A model generated the notes under the pieces. It was not told the DNA's origin and made no database searches. It was given only the letters and a program-made list of their open reading frames with translations. A stretch of 64,000 bases of DNA, taken from NCBI GenBank assembly GCA_019635485.1, contig JAHBZL010000003.1:169087-233086 (forward strand), given 5' to 3'. The translations under genes were made by a program, and so were the position numbers. How positions within the stretch are numbered: the stretch's first letter is position 1; each line of letters begins with the position of its first letter. Of the stretch, positions 56,649-64,000 are shown one piece after another. The DNA comes from Piscinibacter sp. (lineage in GTDB: Bacteria > Pseudomonadota > Gammaproteobacteria > Burkholderiales > Burkholderiaceae_C).

Positions 56649-58259
56649 ATGTCGCGCCTGCTGACCTTCGCCTGCCTGCTGCTGGCCGTGCCCGTGCTTG
56701 GCGTGCTCGGGTCCTGGGCCGGGCTGGACGCCGCCAGCCTCGGCGTGCTGCGCCACCAGGCCGACACCGTGCTGCCCGCCTACGCCGGCAACTCGCTGCT
56801 GCTGGCGCTGGCGGTCGCGCTCGGGGTGGCACTTGTCGGGGGGCTCGCGGCGGCCCTCGTGGTGCTGTTCGACTTTCCGCTGCGGCGGGTCTTCGAGTGG
56901 GCGCTGCTGTTGCCGCTGGCGATGCCCGCCTATGTGCTCGCCTATGCCGCCACCGACTTCCTGCAGTACAGCGGGCCGCTACAGACGGCCCTGCGCGCAC
57001 TGACCGGTGCCCAGGGCGCCTTGTGGCCCGACGTGCGCAGCCTGGGCGGGGCCGCCGTGCTGTTCGTGCTCTGCCTGTACCCCTACGTGTACCTGCTCAC
57101 CCGTGCCGCGCTCGGCGAACGCGCCGTGCCGTTGATGGAAGCGGCACGCCTGCTCGGCGCCGACCCGTGGCGGCGTGTCCGTGAGGTGGCGCTGCCGCTG
57201 GCCCGCCCGGCGCTGGCGGCCGGCGTCGCGCTGGCGCTGATGGAGACGCTGGCCGACTACGGCGTCGGCGCGTACTTCGGCCTGCAGACCTTCACGACAG
57301 GGATCTACAAGGCCTGGCTGGTGATGAACGACCGCAGCGCCGCGGCGCAACTGGCGTCGCTGTTGCTGGCGGTCGTCGCCGTGCTGCTGTGGCTGGAGCG
57401 GCGCGCCCAGCGCCGCCTGCGCTTCGCGTCGACACGCCGCGGCGCCGCCCACGGCGCCGAGGCCCGGCCGCTGCGCCTGACCGGCTGGCGTGCCGCGCTC
57501 GCGGTGCTCGCCTGCGGCCTGCCGGTGCTGCTGGGCTTCGTGCTGCCGGTGATCGTGCTGCTGCGCCTGCTCGCGCTGGAGTCGGTGCACGGCGAGTTCG
57601 GCCTGCCGCTGGTGCGCTTCGCGCAGTGGTGCTGGACCAGTTTCAAGCTCGCCGGCATCGCCGCGCTGCTGACCACGGCGATGGCGCTGCTGCTCGGCTT
57701 CGCGCTGCGCCTGCGCGAGAGCCCCGCGCTGCAGGCCGGCGCCCGGGTCGTGTCGCTGGGCTACGCGGTGCCGGGCGCGGTGATCGCGGTCGGCATCCTG
57801 CTGCCGGTGGGCTGGCTGCAGGACCGCTGGCCGCAGGCCGGGGCCGCGGCGCTGGTGACGGGCACGCTGTTCGGCCTGCTGTATGCCTACGTGGTGCGCT
57901 TCTCGGCGGTGGCGCTGCAGTCGGTCGAGGCCGGGTATGCGCGCGTGCCGCTGGCCATCGACGAGACGGCGCGCACGCTGGGCGCGTCGCGCCGACGCCT
58001 GTTCACCGAACTGCACGCGCCGCTGCTCCACCGCGCGGCGCTGGCGGCGATGCTGCTGGTGTTCGTCGACGTGATGAAGGAACTGCCGGCGACGCTGGTG
58101 CTGCGCCCGTTCAACAGCGACACCCTGGCGGTGGTGGCGAACCAGCTGGCGCGCGACGAGCGTCTGGGCGAGGCCGCGCTGCCTTCTCTGGCGATCGTGC
58201 TGGTCGGGTTGCTGCCGGTGCTGCTGCTGTCGCGCTCGCTGCGCGCCGAACCGGCCTGA
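56649..58259 (+). CDS. fbpB: Fe3+ ABC transporter permease
   Basis: PLAMPAYV, LYPYVYL, EAARLLG, LMETLADYG, GYAVPG, MKELPAT; two EAA repeats. Confidence 0.9.
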   Translation: MSRLLTFACLLLAVPVLGVLGSWAGLDAASLGVLRHQADTVLPAYAGNSLLLALAVALGVALVGGLAAALVVLFDFPLRRVFEWALLLPLAMPAYVLAYAATDFLQYSGPLQTALRALTGAQGALWPDVRSLGGAAVLFVLCLYPYVYLLTRAALGERAVPLMEAARLLGADPWRRVREVALPLARPALAAGVALALMETLADYGVGAYFGLQTFTTGIYKAWLVMNDRSAAAQLASLLLAVVAVLLWLERRAQRRLRFASTRRGAAHGAEARPLRLTGWRAALAVLACGLPVLLGFVLPVIVLLRLLALESVHGEFGLPLVRFAQWCWTSFKLAGIAALLTTAMALLLGFALRLRESPALQAGARVVSLGYAVPGAVIAVGILLPVGWLQDRWPQAGAAALVTGTLFGLLYAYVVRFSAVALQSVEAGYARVPLAIDETARTLGASRRRLFTELHAPLLHRAALAAMLLVFVDVMKELPATLVLRPFNSDTLAVVANQLARDERLGEAALPSLAIVLVGLLPVLLLSRSLRAEPA

Positions 58260-58265
58260 GATCGG

Positions 58266-58562
58266 TCAGCCGCCCTTCTTGGGCGGCTTGGGCGGTTCGG
58301 GCGTGGCGGGCGAACCCGTGGGCTTGAAGAACTCGTCGATCAGGTCGCCGGGCAGGGTGTCCATCGGGGCTTCGCTGACCCGCACGCCGCCGAGCAACTC
58401 GAGCGACGAGCCGAGCCAGCCGTGCTCGCGCACCTCGCCATCCTGCGCGGTCTTCTTCTTCGTGACCGCCGTGCGCGGGTCGACATACTCACCCAGCGGC
58501 GCATCGGCGGTGATCCGCCAGACCAGCTTCGGGGGTTGCTTGACTTCCTTGCGCCGCGACAT
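58266..58562 (-). CDS. Small hypothetical protein (98 aa)
   Basis: TTGCCA-N17-CATTAT promoter (58620-58592), AAGAGG RBS, GC3-rich codons. Confidence 0.7.
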   Translation of the reverse strand: MSRRKEVKQPPKLVWRITADAPLGEYVDPRTAVTKKKTAQDGEVREHGWLGSSLELLGGVRVSEAPMDTLPGDLIDEFFKPTGSPATPEPPKPPKKGG

Positions 58563-58706
58563 CGTGACCTCTTGCACACTCTTGCGATTGCATAATGGCC
58601 CTGACTCCGCTAGCTGGCAAGGCGCCCGGACCTTCCTAGGGGTATAAATGCGCGGCGGCGAAACACGTTGTCACCTGCTCGGCGCGGCCGCGGTCCGCAG
58701 ACGGCT

Positions 58707-58756
58707 GCCAGACGAGGCACGCTCCGCTGGCTTCGACAACATCTCCAGCGGCGCGT
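58707..58756 (+). ncRNA. Guanidine-III (ykkC-III)-like riboswitch candidate
   Basis: GCCAG-ACGAGG-C-ACGCTCCG-CTGGC-TTC-GACAA-N9-CGGCGCGT, an H-type pseudoknot; the last loop is longer than in the characterised example. Confidence 0.3.
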
Positions 58757-58775
58757 CGGTGCGCCGCCGCCGCCC

Positions 58776-59165
58776 ATGAGCCACCGCACCGCTTCCTGCA
58801 GCTGCGGCCAGTTGCGCGCCGAGGTCAGCGCGGATCCGATCCGCGTTTCGGTCTGCCATTGCCTGGCCTGCCAGCGCCGCACCGGCAGCGTCTTCGGGGC
58901 GCAGGCCCGCTTCGCGCAAGAGGCGGTGCGCGTGACCGGCCGGTCGAAGGGGTTCGTGCGCGTGGGCGACGAGGGCACGCGCATCACCTTCCACTTCTGC
59001 CCGGACTGCGGCGCGACGCTGTACTACCGCTTGTCCGAGGACTTCGTCGCCATTCCGGTCGGCGCCTTCGCGGATCCGTCGTTCCCGGCGCCGAGCGTTT
59101 CCGTCTACGAAGAGCGCATGCACGCGTGGGTCCAGGTGCCCGGCGAAGTCACCCACATCGCGTGA
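58776..59165 (+). CDS. GFA (glutathione-dependent formaldehyde-activating/CENP-V) family protein
   Basis: CSCG, CHCLACQRRTG, FCPDCG zinc motifs. Confidence 0.92.
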   Translation: MSHRTASCSCGQLRAEVSADPIRVSVCHCLACQRRTGSVFGAQARFAQEAVRVTGRSKGFVRVGDEGTRITFHFCPDCGATLYYRLSEDFVAIPVGAFADPSFPAPSVSVYEERMHAWVQVPGEVTHIA

Positions 59166-59181
59166 GGTCGCGGCGGACGCC

Positions 59182-59256
59182 TGGTCCCCCCGACAGGAAT
59201 CGAACCTGTATCTGCCGCTTAGGAGGCGGCCGTTCTATCCGTTGAACTACGGCGGG
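59182..59256 (-). tRNA. tRNA-Arg(CCU)
   Basis: Reverse complement CCCGCCG-TA-GTTC..GAAC-G-GCCGC-CTCCTAA-GCGGC-AGAT-ACAGG-TTCGATT-CCTGT-CGGGGGG-A-CCA. Confidence 0.95.
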
Positions 59257-59290
59257 AAGCCCGGAATTCTGGCATGCCCGGGCCGCTGAC

Positions 59291-62200
59291 TCAGTTCCAG
59301 CGCCAGGTCCAGATCACGTCGACCGAGCTGTCCTCGCCGGACTGGGCGCGCAGCGTGAAGCGCTGGGCAATGCGGTAGATGAGCTGCCACGTGCCGGCGG
59401 TTGCGTTCAGGCTGCGCTCGTAGCCGACGTACCAGCGGCGCGAGAGCTGCTTGCCCAGCGACACGACGGTCTCGCGCACCTCGCCGTCGCTCTGCCGCAC
59501 GGACACTTCGTCCAGGCCGATCGCCTGGGTCAGCGGGTCGGCCGCGCCGGGGCGATCGCCGGCCAGCAGCGCGAGCGCGGCGCGCTGCAGCAATGCGGTG
59601 TCGGTGCGGCCCAGGCCGTCGCTGGCGCGCCCGAGCACCAGCCACGACAGCTTGTCGATCTCCGACATCTCCGGCTCCGAGAACAGCCGCACGCGCGGGT
59701 TGGCCGCCGTGCCGGTGACGGCGACGCCGACCCGCACGTCCAGGTTCGGCCGCGTGGCCTCGATGTCCAGGCGCGGGTTCTCGGCCGGGCCGTTGAAGAC
59801 CAGTTCGCCGCGGTCGATCACGAGCTTCTGGCCGTAAGCGGCGTAGTTGCCGTCCACCGCGCGCACCGTGCCGTCCACGGCCAGCCGGCCGGCTGGCGAG
59901 GTGACGCGCAGGTCGCCAGCCAGTCGCGTGTCGAGCCCGCGGCCGCGCACGCGCAGCCGCTCGCCCAGGCCGACGCGCAGGTCCAGCGCGACAGTGGGCA
60001 GCCGCACCGTGGGGCCGCCCGCCGGGGCCTGCCCATTGGCCGGCGCGGCCGGCGCGGCCGGCGCGCCGTTGCGGCGCACCACGACCACGTCGTCGGCGAG
60101 CGTCGGCGCGTCGCTGCGCGTGAAGTCGATCAGGCCTTCGTCGACGCCGAACTGCCCGTCCAGCTGCAGGCGGTCGCGCTCGAGCTGCATGCGGGCGTCG
60201 CCGCTGACGACGATGCGGCGGTCGACCCGGCCGAGCAGCTGGAACTGGCGCGCCGCCAGCGCGAGCCGCGCCTGCGGCGCGGTGCCCAGCGTGGCCTCGC
60301 CGTCGAGCTGCAGCGTGCCGCCGCCGGCGCGCGCGCGGAAGCGCTCGATGCGCGCCCGGGCGCCCTGCAGCGCGATCGCGACCTCGCCGTCGCTGACGTT
60401 CACGCCCTGCACGAAGTTGCGCACGCTCAGGTCGCGGCCCTGCACCTCGCCGGTGTACTCCGGGCCGCCGAAGGTGCCGCCGATGCCGGCGCTGACGCGC
60501 AGTGCGCCGCCCAGGCGCCAGCCCGGCGGCACCCATGGGCCCCAGGTGCCGAGCTGCGCGACCTGCAGCTCGAGCACACCGGACACCGGCGTGTCCGGCG
60601 CGGGCCACAGCGCCTGCGGCGTGGTGCGCGCGACGAAGGCGCCCGCGGCGACCCCCAAGGTCGAGCCCGCCAGGCCCTGCGTGAAACTCCAGGTGCCGTC
60701 GGCTACGTTCAGGCCGAGCCGCAGGTCGGTCAGCCCGAGCGCCTGCGTGCCGTCCTCCTCGGTGACCGTCAGGTCGCCGCGTTCGCGCTGCAGCACGATG
60801 TCGGCCTTGACCGTCGGCGCGCTGGCCACCTCGATCGACGCGCCGACGCGCAGGTCGCCGCCCCAGCCGAAGTCCGGCTGCAGGCGCGCCAGGATCGGCG
60901 CGATCGCCAGCGGTTCCAGCTGCGCGCGCGCTTCCAGCGTGGCCGGTGTCGTGCCGGCAGCGGCCTGCCACGCGATGCGCTCCCAGCGCAGCACGGCGCC
61001 GAGCAGTTCCGCGCGGCCCGGCTGCAGCGCGAAGCGCATCGGTGCCTGCGCGAACCCACCGGCCTCGAGGGTGAGCGCGTCGCTGCGCACCCACGCCGCG
61101 CCGGCGCCGCGCAGCTCGAGCTGCTGCACGCGGCCGCGCCAGCCATCGACCGTGCCGTCGCGTTCCACCAGGCCGCCCTCCGCGCGCAGCCGCGCGACGC
61201 TCGGGCCGGACGCTGCGCTGCCGCCGGGTTGCAGCGCATCGACCCAGGCCGGCGGCCGAGCCGGCGTGCGAGCTTCGAACTCGAGCCGGTGGCTGCGGCC
61301 GCTGCCCTGCAGCCGCAGATGCGCGTCCTGCAGGCTGGCGTCGCCCTGGCGCAGGCCGGTCAGGGTCAGCGTCGCGTCGACCGGCGCATCCATCTGCAAT
61401 CCGGCTTGCCACTGCGCCTGGCCACTGCGCAGCCCGAGCCGATCGAGCTGCAGCGCGGTCGCGCGCGCCTCGCCGCGGGTGGCGAGGGTGGGCCAGCGGC
61501 CCTCCAGGTGGGCGCTGGCACTCAGCGATCCGGCCAGGGTGGCCTCCGCCACGCCCGGGCGCAGCAGCCGCCAGACCGGCGCGAACGTGTCCAGCGACGG
61601 TGCGGCCAGCGCCAGGTCCCAGCGGTCGTCCGCGCCGCGCCGTGCGGCCCGGCCCTCCGCGTGCAAGCGATTCGCACCCGACTCCAGCGTCAGGTCGACG
61701 CTGGCCGCGGTGCCGTCGCGGTTGGCGAGCCGGGCTTCGCCGCGCAAGGGTACGCCGGCGAGCAGGCTGTCGGCCAGGCGCAGTTGCGCCTGCCCGCGCA
61801 GGTCGAGCAGTCGGGCGACGCCGTCGCCGGCCGATGCGGCCGCCGGCAGCGTCAGGTCGAACCCGCCCCGGGCGTCGAGCCGGTGCGGGCCGCGCCGCCA
61901 GGGCGAATCCTCCCGGCCGGGCCACCAGGGCAGCGGGTCGAAGCGGTCGAGCGTCGCCTGCCCCTGCAGCCGCCAGGGCAGGGCGGCGCCGGCGCGCGTC
62001 GCCGTGCCGCGCAGCGAGGCACTCGCCGTACCCGCCCGGGCCACGGCCTCGCGCAGCTCGATGCGGTCGCCGTCGGCGTCGCGCGTGGCGCTGGCGTCCA
62101 GATTCAGGCGGACCGCGGCCTCGGCACCGCGCTGCGGCACCTTCCCGGCGAGCTCCGCGCGCAGCGTCAGGCGCTGTTCGGCTGCGTCCGGCGGCGTGCC

Positions 62201-63451
62201 GGTCAGCTGCACGGTGCCGGCCAGGGGCACGGGCGTGGCGCGGGCATCGAGGCGCGCCGGCTGAAGCGCGCTCAGCGTGGCCTGCAGCGACCAGCCGTCG
62301 CGGGCCCAGCGGCCATGGCCCTGGACTTGCCCGGCCGGCTGGGCGGCGCTGCCGAGCGCGGCGTCGAAGGCCCGCACGTCCAGCGTGCCCGGGTCGTCCG
62401 GGCGGCCGCTGAGTTCGACGCGCAGCTCGCGCAGCGGCAGGCGGCCTTCGTTCCAGCGCCCGGCCCGGCGGTTCTCGAGGCGCGCCCGGACCTGGGCGGG
62501 CCGGTCCGCCGCGTCCGACTGCACCTGCGCCTCGCCGCTCAGCAAGGTGCTCGGCGCGCGCAGGTCGAAGGCCGACAGGTCGAGACCCTGTGCACGGGCC
62601 TGGAGCGCACCGAGCGGCCAGCGCGCGAACGGATGCAGCACCGCGTCGAGGTCGAGCGAGGCCTCGGCGGCTGGTGCCGCGCCGGTGGGCGGCTGCGTAG
62701 CCACGGCGGAGGGCCGGGCCCGCAAGGTCGCGTTCAATTGCAGGGCGTCCAGCGGCCCGTCCAGCCGCGCGCCGGCCTCCCAGGCGGCGTTGGCGAGCGT
62801 GCCCTCGTGCACGAGCTTCGCCTGGGCCTGCAGCGGCAGCGGGGTCTGCGTGCCGATGCGGGCGTCGAGCGTGGCGCGCAGCCGCTCGCGGCGCACCGAC
62901 AGCCCGTCGATGCGGTGCTGCCGGCCGCCGTCCGCGCCGAGGTGCACGGCCGAGCGCAGCTCGCGCAGCGGCGCGTCACCGAGCGCCGCCGCGTGAAGCG
63001 TGCCGACCTGCAGTGCGGCGACACGCAGTTCGATCGGCACCTGCAGCGAGGTCGGGGCCGGCGTCGGATCGGCGGGCGGTGCCGGGGTGCCGTCGCGCAG
63101 ATCGATCCGTTCGGCGCCCAGTTCGTCGACGACCAGCGCCAGGTGCCAGGCACCGCTGCCGGGCTCGACCCGCAGGCCGCGCCAGCGCAGGCGGTCGATC
63201 AGCAGCGCGCCGTCGCGCGGCAACGCGACCTCGACGCGTTCGGCCGCGAAGTCGCCCAGCAGCGTGCCCTGCGGCGCGCTGACGCGCACGCCCGGCACGA
63301 GGCTCAGCAGCCACGCGCTGCCGGCTTCGGTACGCACGCTCCACCACAGCAGGGTGCCGAGCAGCGCCGGCACGATCAGCAGCAGGGCCCAGAGCGTCCG
63401 GCGCCGGGCGGGCGGGCGGCGCGGCGGGGCGGGCGCGTGCGGCGCGGTCAT
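59291..63451 (-). CDS. tamB: Translocation/assembly module TamB
   Basis: N-terminal TM segment, beta-taco repeats, C-terminal YAAYGQKL..NPRLDI..LSWLVLG..GKQLSRRW; coupled to tamA. Confidence 0.93.
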   Translation of the reverse strand: MTAPHAPAPPRRPPARRRTLWALLLIVPALLGTLLWWSVRTEAGSAWLLSLVPGVRVSAPQGTLLGDFAAERVEVALPRDGALLIDRLRWRGLRVEPGSGAWHLALVVDELGAERIDLRDGTPAPPADPTPAPTSLQVPIELRVAALQVGTLHAAALGDAPLRELRSAVHLGADGGRQHRIDGLSVRRERLRATLDARIGTQTPLPLQAQAKLVHEGTLANAAWEAGARLDGPLDALQLNATLRARPSAVATQPPTGAAPAAEASLDLDAVLHPFARWPLGALQARAQGLDLSAFDLRAPSTLLSGEAQVQSDAADRPAQVRARLENRRAGRWNEGRLPLRELRVELSGRPDDPGTLDVRAFDAALGSAAQPAGQVQGHGRWARDGWSLQATLSALQPARLDARATPVPLAGTVQLTGTPPDAAEQRLTLRAELAGKVPQRGAEAAVRLNLDASATRDADGDRIELREAVARAGTASASLRGTATRAGAALPWRLQGQATLDRFDPLPWWPGREDSPWRRGPHRLDARGGFDLTLPAAASAGDGVARLLDLRGQAQLRLADSLLAGVPLRGEARLANRDGTAASVDLTLESGANRLHAEGRAARRGADDRWDLALAAPSLDTFAPVWRLLRPGVAEATLAGSLSASAHLEGRWPTLATRGEARATALQLDRLGLRSGQAQWQAGLQMDAPVDATLTLTGLRQGDASLQDAHLRLQGSGRSHRLEFEARTPARPPAWVDALQPGGSAASGPSVARLRAEGGLVERDGTVDGWRGRVQQLELRGAGAAWVRSDALTLEAGGFAQAPMRFALQPGRAELLGAVLRWERIAWQAAAGTTPATLEARAQLEPLAIAPILARLQPDFGWGGDLRVGASIEVASAPTVKADIVLQRERGDLTVTEEDGTQALGLTDLRLGLNVADGTWSFTQGLAGSTLGVAAGAFVARTTPQALWPAPDTPVSGVLELQVAQLGTWGPWVPPGWRLGGALRVSAGIGGTFGGPEYTGEVQGRDLSVRNFVQGVNVSDGEVAIALQGARARIERFRARAGGGTLQLDGEATLGTAPQARLALAARQFQLLGRVDRRIVVSGDARMQLERDRLQLDGQFGVDEGLIDFTRSDAPTLADDVVVVRRNGAPAAPAAPANGQAPAGGPTVRLPTVALDLRVGLGERLRVRGRGLDTRLAGDLRVTSPAGRLAVDGTVRAVDGNYAAYGQKLVIDRGELVFNGPAENPRLDIEATRPNLDVRVGVAVTGTAANPRVRLFSEPEMSEIDKLSWLVLGRASDGLGRTDTALLQRAALALLAGDRPGAADPLTQAIGLDEVSVRQSDGEVRETVVSLGKQLSRRWYVGYERSLNATAGTWQLIYRIAQRFTLRAQSGEDSSVDVIWTWRWN

Positions 63452-64000
63452 CAGAACGCGATGCCCACGCTGACGTGCAGCCGCACGCGGCGCAGTTCCT
63501 CGCCGTAGGCGAGATCGGCCCGTAGCGGCCCGACCGGGCTGCGCCAGCGCAGCCCGAGCCCATAGCCGCGCGCGAGCTTCAGCGCCGTCCAGCTGTTGGC
63601 GGCATTGCCGGCGTCGAAGAACGCGGCCCACCAGACCGACGGCAGGCGTGCCGACACCGGCCGCGCGATCTCGGCGCTGCCGGTCAGCAGCACGCGGCCG
63701 CTGGCCAGTGCGCCGTCCACCGTCGGACCGAGCGTGCGGTAGGCGTAGCCGCGCACCGAATCGTCGCCGCCGGCGCGGAACAGCAGCGTGTCGGGGATCG
63801 GCAGCGCGTCGCGCGCAAAGACCTGGCCGGCTTCGACGCGCGCCATCGCGTACCAGGAGGCCCCGAGCGGCTGGTAGGCGGTCAGCCGGCCGTACAGGCG
63901 GGAGAACGGCCCGCGGTCGCTGGCCGGGCCGGTGAAGGTGCCGGTCTTGCGGCCGCGTGCCTCGCCGATCCCCGCCTGGGCCGACAGCGTGTAGCCCTGC
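63451..64000 (-). CDS. tamA: Autotransporter assembly protein TamA (Omp85), C-terminal fragment (partial)
   Basis: FRAGGDDSVRGY, GLRWRSPVGP, C-terminal VSVGIAF beta signal. Confidence 0.92.
   Translation of the reverse strand, partial: QGYTLSAQAGIGEARGRKTGTFTGPASDRGPFSRLYGRLTAYQPLGASWYAMARVEAGQVFARDALPIPDTLLFRAGGDDSVRGYAYRTLGPTVDGALASGRVLLTGSAEIARPVSARLPSVWWAAFFDAGNAANSWTALKLARGYGLGLRWRSPVGPLRADLAYGEELRRVRLHVSVGIAF

Noticed and set aside
58655-58709. GGCGAAAC...GGCTGCC as a c-di-GMP-I riboswitch
   Set aside because: Lacks the GNRA-capped P2 and the GCAAAG/receptor elements of the family

Overview
A high-GC (about 70%) betaproteobacterial chromosome segment. Gene content and order suggest Burkholderiales, Rubrivivax/Piscinibacter/Methylibium-like (inference). 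It is mostly core and housekeeping sequence, in order: end of petC, sspAB, tRNA-Thr, dciA-like/M23/secA/argJ, an MFS+GNAT pair, ugpBAECQ, a large FAD/Fe-S oxidoreductase, a Bug protein, a GGDEF sensor, the ubiE-Tim44-ubiJ-ubiB cluster split by four nucleotide-sugar genes, aspS-nudB-ybhP-clsB, a split ligase-associated DNA-repair cluster, a GbsR/MarR mini-regulon, LOG-arginase, moeB, ctpA, divergent Fe3+ ABC genes, tRNA-Arg and tamAB. I saw no CRISPR array, integrase, transposase or prophage. The most interesting signals are non-coding or very small. (1) A 60-aa leader ORF is followed directly by mutually exclusive RNA hairpins upstream of the MFS-GNAT operon, a candidate ribosome-sensing attenuator. 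(2) A guanidine-III-like pseudoknot and a coupled uORF lie upstream of a GFA gene. (3) Twin operators define a GbsR-type regulon that runs into the Lhr-like helicase. (4) An ~85-bp GC hairpin repeat sits right after stop codons, with one internally deleted copy. (5) Many genes appear to be leaderless (TANNNT-N6-start). All calls come from reading motifs by eye; no database search or folding program was run.
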